Positions 1 to 12,653 are shown, counted from the whole stretch's first letter. The stretch: DNA of 63,097 nt, filler included, from Pirum gemmata (GCA_002812295.1; 28 parts of 28 records of this genome joined end to end with filler, not necessarily neighbours in it), one strand, 5' to 3'. Notes: generated by a model not told the origin, from the sequence alone. Program-made: numbers and translations.

Positions 1-404
1 GTAGTAGAAGTAGTAGTAGTAGTAGTAGTGGTAGTAGTAGAAGTAGTAGTAGTAGTAGTAGTAGTGGTAGTGGTAGTGGTAGTGGTAGTGATAGTAGTGG
101 TAGTAGTAGTGGCTATACGGTATATATAGTAGTAGTAGTAGCTATATATAGTAGTAGTAGTAGCTATATATAGTAGTAGTAGCTACAATGTATATAGTAG
201 TAGTAGCTATATATAGTAGTAGTAGCTACAGTAGTAGTAGTAGTATCTGATAGTTAGTAGTAGTAGCAGTTTCAGCAGCAATAGTAGTAGTAATGTATTA
301 ATTAATAGTAGTAGTAGAAGTAGAAGTAGTAGAAGTAGAAGTAGTAGAAGTAGAAGTAGTAGAAGTAGAAGTAGAAGTAGAAGTAGTAGTAGTAGGAGTA
401 GTAG

Positions 405-478
<74 letters not shown>

Positions 479-483
479 TTAGT
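1..483. repeat. (GTA)n/(GTAGAA)n degenerate microsatellite
   Basis: Directly visible tri- and hexanucleotide run. Confidence 0.95.
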
Positions 484-1958
484 AAAATAATAATCCAAGA
501 ACTCCTTGAAAAAAGGGGAAAAAAAAATCCAGTTTTTGTTTTTTGTCTTTTTATTTTTATACATAGACATCTTCAGATTGATAAATGGATAAAATGATGG
601 TTCAGGTAATAGGTATTAGATAAACAATACTCTACTAGAAAATTTCAATTAATTCTAAAGCTTTGACCAATTTGGTACGTGCTGGGCTAAATTACCATTT
701 GCAGTTTCTAATTTACCATAGTAACTCCATAGTACTAGGGTTAGGGATAAAACAATAAAACAGTATAACAATATAACAAACACAATATCAATACAATAAC
801 ATAAAGTGTTACAGAAATCAACAAATCGACAAAACGAATAATAAAAATACCAAAACCCATAAGCTCAAAACACCAATTTAATTAAAACAACAGAAAATTT
901 AATGATAATACACATCGAACAAACAGTTGAACAAACCTCAACTAGGAACAAAACTACTGTCAAAAATGAAAATCCAATTTAGTCTAAACAAAACCTCAAG
1001 AACAAATTTTAAAACCTCAAGAACAAAACCTACCCAAAGTGTAATCACTCAATTTGAATCTAGCTAGCACCAAAGTGTAAGCACTCAATTTGAATCTTGC
1101 AATTTGAATATAAATAAAATAAAAAAAAATTACATAATATATGTCTATATATGCCTGGTATAAGCTTCAAAATCCACTACATTATCAAGCAGGACATTAT
1201 TGTTTAATATATGGTATGGTTTTTCTAATTTTTCTAATTATTTTTCTGATACCATCGTTTTTAATATTTCATCATCATTGAATAGTAACGAACCAAGTAT
1301 TGTTTTCAAGTGTCACTGTGTCAACAAGAAAATAAAATGAGTGCAAATATATATAATGTTATGCCGATGAAATCTTATTGAAATCTTCCATTTTTTTAAA
1401 AAATGAAAGTACTAGACTATTCAAATTTCAGAAATCGTCTAACTAAGAAAACTCTATTATGAACCAATGACCAGTTTTTTTAAGTAATAATAATTTGGCT
1501 AGTTAGTAATTTTTTTAAAAAAAAGGTTTTCAGAAAAGAAGTCTAAAAAAAATGAACTACCCAGTACTCTATCTAGTCTAGTTCTACAACTAAGCTATGT
1601 ATATTCATAGCTATGATAGCTACTATAGTAGGCTGAGCCACTCTCGTAGTTCTGCCGTTATAGTATTAGTTGTTGCCAACTTGTTGGCCCCATTGCAGCA
1701 TCGCTTAGGTGAGATTATAAATACACACTAAGATAGCAGGACCTGGACCACTCGCTGTGAGCCAAAGACACAAAGCAAAGCTTATCAGCCAAATATGGTA
1801 ATTTATTCTAAATCACAGCCACACAGGAACACGAAGCAATTCAAGCAATTGCACAAAGCAAAGCTTATCAACCAAATATGGACATTTCTTCAAAATCACA
1901 GGATTTCTTTCTATTATGATTTGACAATATTTTAATTTTTCAAGAAGAGTAAAAAAAA

Positions 1959-2058
1959 NNNNNNNNNNNNNNNNNNNNNNNNNNNNNNNNNNNNNNNNNN
2001 NNTTAATTAATTAANNNNNNNNNNNNNNNNNNNNNNNNNNNNNNNNNNNNNNNNNNNN
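1959..2058. other. Artificial scaffold linker N44-TTAATTAATTAA-N44 (first of 27)
   Basis: Identical 100-bp blocks with a six-frame stop core start at about 1959, 4043, 7594, 9656, 11740, 13807, 16677, 18761, 20845, 22707, 24790, 26832, 29815, 31898, 33980, 37918, 39928, 42010, 44757, 46839, 48896, 50954, 53036, 55117, 57176, 59198 and 61038. Plain intra-scaffold gaps lie at 5604-5730, 14637-14708 and 35930-35948. Confidence 0.98.
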
Positions 2059-2231
2059 ATTGTTATTATAAATACCATTATTTATTAATTAGTTTACTCT
2101 TTTGTTAAGTATTGTAGTACCAAAGAGTAATTGTTGGTGCGAGACTCTCTGCAAATTATTAGTTTTTCCTTTACCCTAACCCTAACCCTAACCCTAATCC
2201 TAATGCTAACTCAAAAAAATAAAATGGAAAG

Positions 2232-3814
2232 CATACAATGCCTAATGAAGCCAGATTTCAGGATCTTAAATTTGCTGAGCGAATATACAATGATGTGGTG
2301 GACAGGTTGTTAAGCATAGGTATTTAAATGTATTTTAAATCAAATAAAGTTTTAACTCAAATTAAATATAACTGTTAAAAATCTATTTTGCTGTTTTCTT
2401 TGTTCCTCAGTTTGCCTCTCTTCGTTCTTTCCCAATTGAGTATTTTGGTTTCCTTTGGTTAAAGGTTTTACTTTCATTTTTCTCTTCTTTTCCCTTCTTT
2501 CATTTAGCAACGATAGAGAAAATAGTAAGTAACCTACAATAGTAAATGGAGTAAACACCAGCAAAATAACATTCATATTGTCCTACTGTAAAACCAGGAA
2601 CAACTACAGCCGTTTATTTTGCAACAATTCATGTACCTGCAACCAAAGTGCTTGCAGATATATGTTTATCAAAGGGGCAGCGAGCTTTTATAGGTATATT
2701 CTTTGTCATTTTTTGTATCAAAAGCTAAATATCAACAAAATAATAACGATGATTGCAACTGCAACAAACACACACAGAGCTATAGAGTCATCACTAACTG
2801 TTCCATTATCATCACCATCACCATCTACCGCCATTGGAACTTCTTTTCAGGGATAAGCATTAATGTTTGTTTTCATTTACATAAACAGTAACCAGAAATG
2901 CACTTGATGCAACAACAAAATCTTTTGTTTACAACTTTCTCAATGTTATTACCTTCCCAAGTTTGAAAACATAAACATAAATGTCCATTTAATTTATAAT
3001 TCTTAAGTTGACCCCTCTCGTTTTTCTGGTTAACAGGAAAACTAAACATGGACAACAAAGAGCAGTGCCCGAATTATTACGTGGAAGAAACTCAGGATAG
3101 CATACATGGCTCACGAGAAGTAATTAAAAAGTTAATTGTTACCAAAGAAAGTGAAATAATAGTGATAACACTACACTAAAATAGCTACAGCAACAGTAAT
3201 CTAATCTAATAATCGCTATTTTATTTGATATATTTTTGCTAATAACAATATTACAATAAGTTCTTTATTTTTTACTTTTGATCGTGCTAATTTCTTGTTT
3301 TATAAACTATGTATTATGCTAAATAGATAATAGAATACATAAATAATCTACCGGGAAACAATTCCCTTGTAAGGCCTGTAGTTACTCCTCGTTTTCTTCC
3401 TAGCTGCTCGAACGAACTTTTGGAAGGTATAATATTTATTGTTTTTCTGACTTATTTTGTTAATTTTGAAATATTTTATTTCCGTTGGCACCTGGGTTAA
3501 TAATATATTTATTAGTATATTATAATTGAAGTTACCATTTGCCTAATGTAGCCTGCCCACTTAACGTAATTGCTTATATCATATTTAATAACGCCAGAAA
3601 GCTCACATCTGGGACGATATATATATATATATAATTCAAACTAGGTCTAATTTGTCAAGCTTTTCTTGTTTTTATTGACAATTTTTTTTCTTTTTATTCG
3701 AACATCTTATTTTATAGGATTAGGAAAACTTGCTGCTGAATACGATTGTCATGTTCAATCCCATTTAAGTGAGAGTAATTGGGTAGTTGAATATGGAATG
3801 GAAAGATTTAAAAA
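2232..3814 (+). CDS. guaD: Guanine deaminase (amidohydrolase superfamily), internal five-exon fragment
   Basis: GT-AG exons 2232-2319, 2598-2693, 3037-3119, 3327-3426 and 3718-3814 splice in frame. They give HTMPNEARFQDLKFAERIYNDVVDRLLSIGTTTAVYFATIHVPATKVLADICLSKGQRAFIGKLNMDNKEQCPNYYVEE...VRPVVTPRFLPSCSNELLEGLGKLAAEYDCHVQSHLSES. GTTTA.YFATIH, TPRF..SC and H.Q.H.SE are guanine deaminase motifs. Missed by the ORF track. Confidence 0.92.
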
Positions 3815-4222
3815 GTATGTAATGGCTATCATTATTTTGTCATTTTTTACGGCTATTTCAATTACTCTTACATATATATATATATATATTATAGCCTATT
3901 CTCAGTAATATTCAGTAATATTCATTAATATTCATTAATATTCATTAATATTAATATTTATATTTATATTATTATAATTATTACTATTACTATTATTACT
4001 ATTATTACTATTACTATTATTACTATTTACAATTATTATTATNNNNNNNNNNNNNNNNNNNNNNNNNNNNNNNNNNNNNNNNNNNNTTAATTAATTAANN
4101 NNNNNNNNNNNNNNNNNNNNNNNNNNNNNNNNNNNNNNNNNNCACCCACCCACCCACAAACACACAAATACACAAAACCTCCAACCCTACCCCACCCACA
4201 CTATCAAATTATTTTTTAATAA

Positions 4223-5517
4223 TTAATAAGGTTTAAGCCACGTGTTAAAAATAACCAACGTAAACACACATGCGCTAGTAATCCCAGCCGTGATAACAGT
4301 AGCACAGATATTGATAGCCAATTCCTTATCTTTCTGTGGAATCGAACTACTTTTATAACTCAATAAATTAAAAGTATTAACATATGAACAACCCCCTAAC
4401 AAACCAACAAAAAACATAAGTGGAAACAACGCATACAAACTAATAAACTTGTAACGATCAACAAATATCCAAAGTATAAAATTCATCCCTTGGAAGAGTG
4501 TCAGAATTTCAATTCGGTGAATTTCAAAAAATTGCAAAGATGAACGCGATAAAAAAACACCAAACTGATAACAAAATTGTAAAATAGGGAAGTAATTGGT
4601 GTAAAACCAATTAGTAGCATCTTTACCATAAAAATCAGGGTCAGCAGTCATCGAAGGCGATATCACGTGAATAACCTTGTTCGCAAAACCACCAGAAATA
4701 ACATATTCAAAAAAATAAACTAAAAATAAATTAATTCCAGGCCAAGCAATTAGCCGGCAACAACGCCAAAACCGTTGTCGGTCTGTTTCTTCCGCCCGAG
4801 TGGGAGTGGGAGTAATGTCATTGTTAGTAAGTGGGTTATTAGATTCTCCTTTTTTATATTTATAAACTTCTTCATTATCTGTACTCGAGCAACTATGACG
4901 TGTGTTTCTCGAATTGAAGTCACTGTCAGAATCTATTTCACTACAACTTGTATTAAAATTATCAGTGCTTCTATTGCTACCATGATAAGTATTATTATTA
5001 TGATTATTCGCACTAGTAGCATTACCATCGTACTCGCTAACGGAGGATGTTGTTTTATTTTCATTCTCCGTCAACAATGGTTTGGTTTCTTCATCTTGTG
5101 GTTTTCCACCAGGCACTCGTAGTAAATGGAAGGCAACCAACATAATAAATGCAAACGGTATAGTTACTAAGAAAACGGTTTGGTCCTTTAAATGTACAGA
5201 TTGATACGCAATATATAACAAAGTACCTAACACGCCAGCCATACCTGTACCACTTGACCAAGCATTCAACGCAGACGGATCAAATTTATAAAGATAACCA
5301 AGAAATAAACTTTCCCCAAACGAAGAGGCGAAACCAGTGAACGCGATAAAAACTAATGCTAACCAGAAATTAGGAGCAAAGGCTAAAGCAATCAAACCCC
5401 CAACGGTCATGGCCACGATGAGGTAGAGACGAACAACATAGGAAGCGTATGGAATAAGAAATGTGTTCAAGGCTCTCGCTAATACACCAACCCCTACAGT
5501 TGCCCATGTTATGGCAC
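4223..5517 (-). CDS. CLN3: CLN3/battenin (Btn1) family lysosomal membrane protein, large terminal exon (5' part missing)
   Basis: Motifs SFGE..FLGY, AWSSGTGMAG, LVYFFEYVI, YQFGVFLSRSS and GLLGGCSYVNTF. Acceptor TTGTAG precedes GAITWAT, so the first 19 aa of the listed ORF are probably intronic. Confidence 0.93.
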
Positions 5518-5760
5518 CTACAATTGTTATTAATATTAGTATCATTGGGATCATTAACTTAATCGTCTTCCACAATATATTAAATAATAAATAAATAAAT
5601 AATNNNNNNNNNNNNNNNNNNNNNNNNNNNNNNNNNNNNNNNNNNNNNNNNNNNNNNNNNNNNNNNNNNNNNNNNNNNNNNNNNNNNNNNNNNNNNNNNN
5701 NNNNNNNNNNNNNNNNNNNNNNNNNNNNNNTAAATAAATAAATTAATAATAAATAAATAA

Positions 5761-5795
<35 letters not shown>

Positions 5796-5887
5796 ATGAA
5801 TAATAAATAATAAATAATACATACATTATCATTATTATTATGTAAAATGTTTTGTTTATTAATTCTTTATAATTATTATTTTTGCAG

Positions 5888-6284
5888 TTAAATGTTTCAA
5901 ATCAAGTTGCCGAAAGATGTAATGTTGTTTCTTCTATAGCTGAATCAGAAATGAATTACTTTCATGAAAACAGACGTCCAGATATGAAACAGGTAATTTT
6001 TGCTTTTATTATTTATTTTTCATCTTTATTGTTATTGTTATTATTTTTATTTTTGATTCTTTTTAATATTTTTTTGTTGTTAATAGTTATACTTGTAATT
6101 TTGAAATTGAGTGTTCAATATTTAATTTTTATTTTGGGTTGCTACTTTATTTACTTACAAACCAATAAAAAATATTTTGTATTGTTATCAGGCAAGTCAA
6201 GAATTGTTAAGAAAAGAAATTGCTATGTACAAGAACATTGTAGAGCGTCTAGAAAAATCATTAAAAGAATTCGAGAACGCTTAA
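5888..6284 (+). CDS. Sorting nexin SNX9/18/33-like, C-terminal BAR helix (last two exons)
   Basis: Exons 5888-5992 and 6192-6284 (GT-AG, phase 0) give LNVSNQVAERCNVVSSIAESEMNYFHENRRPDMKQASQELLRKEIAMYKNIVERLEKSLKEFENA*. This matches the AEMNHFH..R..D.......L..QI.FY..I..KL..AL pattern of SH3-PX-BAR nexins. Confidence 0.7.
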
Positions 6285-8072
6285 TTTCCGGATAAAAAAA
6301 GCTGTAGAACAACGGCAGAAAACCCAAAATAAACAAATTTTTATAGTTGTTCTTTCGGTTTAATTGCAAATGAAAAAAACGGAGATTTAGCTCCGGTACC
6401 CCTAGTGAAATGAACTAATTATTAGATAACATTTTGATATGTATAAAAGCAGTAATAAAATATATTTACAAAAACATAATATTAAAGCCTTTATCAAACC
6501 ACCTATTTTTATTTAGTTTTCTATCATAAAAATAAAAACAAAAACATACAGAATCAAGGATCAAGTATCATAGCATTTACAAAAACATAATGTCATATTG
6601 AAACCTTTATTTTCAAGGTTTATTATTAACCACTTGTTTTTCGTTTTATTTAGTTTTCAATAATAAAAATAAAAATAAAAACATACAGAATTGAAAATAA
6701 TTGATCACATACAATCATCATATAATCATAATCATAATCACAATCACAATCACAATTACAATCACAATCACAATCGTAATCGTAATCACAATCACAATGA
6801 TAATACTTTTTCGTATGTTAAAAAACATTGTCGACTTAAAGCGCTTAAAAACAAAATGTAAATCCTCATTTTACATAATAAAACGCTTGCTACTTAGTTA
6901 TGTAAAAAAAAAAAAAATGGTTATAGAGATTCTTTACTCGAAATGATATTTAATTTAGCTTTTTTTTTTTTTTTTTTTTTCAACATACCTATGTTGATCA
7001 ACAACAATAATTACTAGAGGGAAAGGAGAAGTTTTCTATAACAATATATTAAAAAAAGGTGTTTTGTATGTTTGTGTGTGCATGTGCGTGTGTGCATGTG
7101 CGTGTGTGCGTGTGCGTGTGCGTGTGCGTGTGTGTGCGTGCGTGCGTGCGTGTATGGGTATGATTAGCTAAAAAAAAAAAAAAAAAAAAAAAACTTTCAA
7201 TTGAATTCGAATTGTTTTTTTTGAAAATGACTGAACACTAAAATGTATCCCACCCGCCGCATGCACTTAATATGGTAATACATGTTCTTAATTTGGCATT
7301 TTATTTCTTAATTTGGTATTCCAAATCATATAAAAATAAAAATAAAAAAATCAAAATGCGATACACAATTTTTGCAGTGTACGATGAATAGATTGGTTGG
7401 TCGCCATTTGGGGGAGTGAGTGTAATTTAGAGCCAAGGTATAGGTATGTTTTTTAACTGAAAAAATATGTAGAGAATGAGGAAAAAAAGAATCAAACAAC
7501 CCGAGAAAACTTCCGGTCTTATAGGAATACCTATTATCTATTTCAAAAAGTTACAAAAAACAAATCAACAATACAAAAAACAAAACAAAAACANNNNNNN
7601 NNNNNNNNNNNNNNNNNNNNNNNNNNNNNNNNNNNNNTTAATTAATTAANNNNNNNNNNNNNNNNNNNNNNNNNNNNNNNNNNNNNNNNNNNNTATTATT
7701 ATTTAAATAAAACAAAAAAAAAACCCATTGTAGGTAATAAATCAAAAAAAATCATTTTGTTTTTACTAGTTTTATTTCAAAAAATAGAATTCCTAAACTT
7801 AAGTTGATATAAATATTATTAATAATAAAACATTATTTTAATAATAAATTAAAAATTCTTGGTTTGATTTTAATAAATCTGTAACAGTTATCGTCTATTT
7901 CATTACAGTTGTCCTCTCAATCTTTAATTTGGTACAGTTTTTAAGTGTATAATTGTACTTGTTTATTAAATATAAAATTAAATATAAAATACCAAATTAA
8001 TTAAAACATGCCTGATAGTTTAACCATAATGATAATTTGGTAAGTTTATTTCAGTTTTTGAACTGGAAAATA

Positions 8073-8989
8073 CTATTGAGAAACATGATAAATTGAAGGA
8101 AAAAGAATCCCTAAACTTTTCTTCATATCTTTACTAGAATTACATTTCTCAAGAAAAAATTTAAATTTTTCTTTTCGAAATTTTGTGAATTTGGATATTT
8201 TACCACCTTTTCCTTCAAACTGTTCAGCTATCTTTACGTTGGTTATGAACTCTGGGGAAATTTCATGCTTAAAATAAGTAGATAAGAAAAATGATTCAGG
8301 GGAATACATAGTTTCAAAAAAATTAACATACTCCTGTAAAACCCATTTTTTTTCCCCCATCACCATTTCTTTCACTGTTTTAAAACTCAAAACTTTCCAA
8401 TGTGAACCAAAATAAACGGGACTGGTTGTAGTATACTTTTCAGCTTCCCACTCTACTAACGGATGGGGTCCTGGTCGACTCAATGGTATAGTGTTCGATA
8501 CTTTAGTGTGACCAACTTCATAATTACAACCATTACAATCGAAATAAAGGTAGCCATGGGGGTTGAGGGTAGCAGGTTTATCATGGTCTATAGATAGGTA
8601 ATTAATGTTAGGTTGTAGCACTGACCTCATTTCTTCTGCGCTTTTTAAAGGAATAGATGAGGCTAACATGGAAATAGCATGGGTGAATTTTAAATCCTGT
8701 TCTATTGCAAAAATGTAAGTAGTCAATTCTTTATATATGCTTGACATACCCCTCCAGGATGCTGCGTAGGATAACTTTTCAGGCATTATATGAATATTGT
8801 TGCCATTATTAGAAACTTGGGTTCCCGGATTGACCTTGGCCCAGATTCTTTTATCGAAATTAATAACATAAATATGGTTTTTGTTGTAAATAGGGGAAAT
8901 TGGTGATAAAAGAATCTTTAATAATTCAAGGTCATCAAAAGAATTGACTGTTATTATGAATAAAAGTTTTCCTGAATGTGTATCTTCTA

Positions 8990-9025
<36 letters not shown>

Positions 9026-9371
9026 TATTTATCTTTTTATCTAGAACTTTGCTTAAAAATTGGCGTCGGTAGGAAAAGTATTGTTGGAATGAGGGTGACC
9101 GAACATATGCCAAGTCGTATTTTAGTTGGGCTTCCAGTTTATAATGATCAATACACCGTTGAAAATTTGAAACACTTGGTTGGGGATTACAGAGAAATTT
9201 TAAACGAACTTGCAACGCTTTAAAACTTTTTCCGGCAGGAGCTATAGGAGTTATAATTTTCCTGGTCACTTTTATATTGTTCCACAACAAAACAATCAAA
9301 ACAAGGGTAAAAATCAAACATTTTCTTCTTCTCGCAAATGTAAATATAGACTTTGTTCTAGAGAATAGCAT
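8073..9371 (-). CDS. Glycosyltransferase family 14 (core-2/I-branching, xylosyltransferase-like), type II membrane protein, intronless
   Basis: N-terminal basic patch plus TM (RRRKCLIFTLVLIVLLW). HIYVINFD, SWRGMS, ISMLASSIPLKS, YFGSHWKVLS and YSPESFF are colinear with GT14 motifs. Likely ATG at 9371. Confidence 0.7.
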
Positions 9372-9777
9372 TTTTTCGGTACAAAGAGCATACCACAAGC
9401 TTGTTGAATTTTTTAACAAAAGAAATTCTTTTGAGTTTGAATTAAGAAAGAAAAGAAAATGTAATGTAAGAGATTGGAATTGAGAAGAACAATAATAATA
9501 AAAAAATGTACATAAAAGATATGGTAATTATCAAAATTGATATCAACAACGGGGAAATAAAAAAGAGAAAAGAGAATAAAGAAAAGAAATCAAAGCAAAC
9601 TAATTGAGAGAACCATGCCTGTTCAATAATGACATAATAATAATAATAATAATAANNNNNNNNNNNNNNNNNNNNNNNNNNNNNNNNNNNNNNNNNNNNT
9701 TAATTAATTAANNNNNNNNNNNNNNNNNNNNNNNNNNNNNNNNNNNNNNNNNNNNTGAGATCATACAATAATTTTGA

Positions 9778-9912
9778 TGCAATTAGAATATTGATTTTTA
9801 AACGCAATTAGAATATTGATTTAACGCAATTAGAATATTGATTTAACGCAATTAGAATATTGATTTAACGCAATTAGAATATTGATTTAACGCAATTAGA
9901 ATATTGATTTAA
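9778..9912. repeat. 22-bp minisatellite ACGCAATTAGAATATTGATTTA, about 6 copies
   Basis: Head-to-tail copies with no spacers. Confidence 0.93.
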
Positions 9913-9924
9913 CAAGACTAAATG

Positions 9925-10260
9925 TATTATGGTATTATTATGAAAAGTACAACAAGTTAAAACCGAACGACAATCAAATTATTAACTTATACCAAAATAT
10001 TATGAAAAAAATCAACAAATTACAACTATAATTAACTATGTAACTGTAACCTACTGCTCCTCCCATAAATATATTGACCAAAATCAAACATCAACAAAAC
10101 TACAATCAAAATTTCACATTACACAACATTATCAACAATACTTCAACAATTATCAACAACAAAAACAACAATTAACTTTTGAATATTTTAATACCAAAGT
10201 AGTATTAATATAAAAAACATAAAGAAAACCTCAAGATGTTTTTTTCTATAACAACCTTTA
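9925..10260 (+). mobile_element. Relic of the A-rich interspersed (LINE-like) family, 3' part
   Basis: ATTATGAAAAGTACAACAAGTTAAAACC...CAATCAAATTATTAAC is shared with 30910-31060 and 43555-43640. Confidence 0.5.
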
Positions 10261-10589
10261 GCAAATTTTTACACGACAATTTTTTTGAGTGAGAAGGCCC
10301 CGCAAGTTTGCGAAAACCCCGAGTGCTCCCACTCAAAACAACCATGTTTCTTTTTTTTTTTCCAAAACCCAAAAAGGATATATATATACACTCAATATGG
10401 AAATATAATCATATTTAGAACTAATATTTTTACCTTTTATGGTTCTTTTGAAACCAAATTACCTAATAAACTATTATATTACTAAATTAAGTAATTTACT
10501 GACATTTCTCTTTATATGGTTACTGTTAAAGCCAAATTTAGTAATATACTATATACTTTCTTTTTTTTTTTTTTTTTTTTTTTTTTTCA

Positions 10590-10945
10590 TCAGTGACTCT
10601 TATATATTCTTTAGTAGCGAAGCTAGCAACAAGAATATAATCATAGCCGTCATGGCAATTAATTGGTCAAGTAATATGCGTTTGTGAACCATTTTCGAAT
10701 AATGTTAACATCACATTTGTCCAAAGATCGTGGTATAACTTTTACCAACCTACTAAACTTGTAGTCACAATGAGCTCTGGTATTAATATAGCGTTTTGAA
10801 AATCCCCACAACTTCTCAATAAGATTAAGTTCACAGTGAAATTAAGTTCACAGTGAAATTTGGGTAAAAATAAGCACATGTGTCCAGCCTCCTCAATTTT
10901 CTCCTCTATCCAACTTTTTTGAACAAAATCTAATGCAACAGTGAA
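10590..10945 (-). pseudogene. IS630/Tc1-mariner-type DDE transposase, degraded C-terminal part
   Basis: Minus strand reads HCCIR/DFVQKSWIEEKIEEAGHMCLFLPKFHCELN[17-bp duplication]LIEKLWGFSKRYI..RAHCDYKFSRLVKVIPRSLD...IRKWF...KSH*. PKFHCELN.IE..WG..K is the catalytic-Glu motif. Disrupted by a frameshift and stops. Confidence 0.8.
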
Positions 10946-11857
10946 TTTAAATTAACAACTATGATATAATATCATATATGATAAACTATCAAAACCGAAG
11001 TATGCTAAACAAGCATATGATATGTTAAAGGGTTAAAAGTGATTTTAATCATACAATATAGGGATGTAAAAATGGTATGTATATCATGCTATTTGCACAA
11101 AAATCAGTCAAAAAAAAAAGAACTTATTAAATGACGTAATGACGTAATAATACTATAATGCTTGCGTCATATTGTTTCAATTTTTTGGTTAGTTTTTCAA
11201 ATTATTCATTTCGAACCAGAGTAACAAGTTTTACTAACAACCACTACCGGTATGAATCCGTATGATAGAGGGTCAAGTGGCTTTTCTCACTCTTTTCTCC
11301 CACTAGTAAAATTGTGACGTCACTACCCACTCGGAATGGTTGCAGCGCGCACCTGCACCATTACCATGGAAACAATAAAATCACCAACCAACCACCCCAA
11401 TTAATAAGGAAGAATCTATCGTCAAATCAAATTTTTAATAAACTACTCAGATAAACTACCTAGCTAGAGTCCTCCTATCATAGAGGGCAAAAAAAAAAAA
11501 AACTGGTTTATAATAGAATTTTCTTTGTTAGACGATTTCTCAAAATTTCAAAACTTGGTAGTCTATTGGTCTAGTACTATTGGTAATTTGGTAGTACTTT
11601 TTTTTTTTTTTTTTACAGAGCTATATATAAAACGTTAGTGACGTGCATATAGATGAGAACACGAGTGGAGGATTACCAACAAGGCTGAGCAATTTTTTTT
11701 TTTAAAGGCAAGGCGAGCCGCGTGACTTCTGGGAGTTCTNNNNNNNNNNNNNNNNNNNNNNNNNNNNNNNNNNNNNNNNNNNNTTAATTAATTAANNNNN
11801 NNNNNNNNNNNNNNNNNNNNNNNNNNNNNNNNNNNNNNNAAAGAAGAGACCCTAAAC

Positions 11858-12007
11858 GCCTCTTTGTCCAAAACACTTTTGGTCATAATTTTAAAGTTCA
11901 TTTTAATAATTAATTACTGCCTAAAACATTTTAAGTCATACTTCCGAGCGATGACTTTTATCAAAGAATAAGTGACCCCTTTATGAGTGTACACTATGAG
12001 TGTTCCC
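11858..12007. mobile_element. MITE family A, partial copy
   Basis: Aligns with 42183-42363 (reverse) and 60471-60651. Confidence 0.75.
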
Positions 12008-12022
12008 AAGACTTGGAATTTT

Positions 12023-12197
12023 GAACATTTGTAATGACGTCATCATGGCGTCATCATATTCCTCCCTGAGCCTCCACTCCACCTTATGACCCTATAAAAT
12101 GAACATTATCAGCCTCAGATTGCGATCTAAGCCCTCATTAAAGTGGAAATCTCGAAAAAGGATATTTCAAAAAAATGACGTCATTAATGAATGTTCT
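12023..12197. mobile_element. Probable MITE with TGACGTCA-containing TIRs
   Basis: Imperfect inverted ends GAACATTTGTAATGACGTCAT ... ATGACGTCATTAATGAATGTTC, related to family A TIRs. Confidence 0.5.
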
Positions 12198-12223
12198 TCT
12201 AACGGGTATGATAGTAGAAGAGG

Positions 12224-12373
12224 GTGCTTTTCATTTATTGGTAGGTTATAATCTTTAAATTGATACTTTTTAAATAAACAATTAGATAATAAAATACAGC
12301 AAATTAAATTAAATGGATCTATTTTTTATTAATTGGGTACTTTTTATTGTATGACAAGACAACTGAAAAGCAC
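12224..12373. mobile_element. MITE family B copy
   Basis: GTGCTTTTCA ... TGAAAAGCAC termini. Confidence 0.75.
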
Positions 12374-12392
12374 ATTATCATCTGTATTAGAA

Positions 12393-12633
12393 GGAGGGAT
12401 GACATGACGTCATAATACTAATACCAACCTAGGGCACGGCAAAAATTGAAAATTTGACTTAAGTTACTATAAAAAGTTAACTAATAACTATTAANACTAT
12501 TAAAAGTAACACTTAATATAGTAAACTACTATGTTAAGGATATAAATATCTATTTTAAGTAATAATTTTTTGCCATCTCAATTCCTTTTGTAACCTATCT
12601 CCAAAATTCTGCCAAAGGGGATGTCATCCCTCC
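12393..12633. mobile_element. Probable MITE with 13-bp perfect TIR GGAGGGATGACAT
   Basis: GGAGGGATGACAT at 12393 and ATGTCATCCCTCC ending at 12633. Confidence 0.55.
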
Positions 12634-12653
12634 TATATATAGACTAAAACTGT

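Noticed and set aside
1765..1900. Duplicated HKAKLI.QIW peptide as a LINE reverse-transcriptase remnant
   Set aside because: Too short and degraded to support.
4223..6284. CLN3 and sorting nexin as a divergent endolysosomal gene pair
   Set aside because: Both genes lack their 5' parts at a 127-N gap that cannot hold them, so the adjacency is unverified and may be a mis-scaffold.
9778..9912. 22-bp repeats as a CRISPR array
   Set aside because: No spacers, no cas genes, eukaryotic context.
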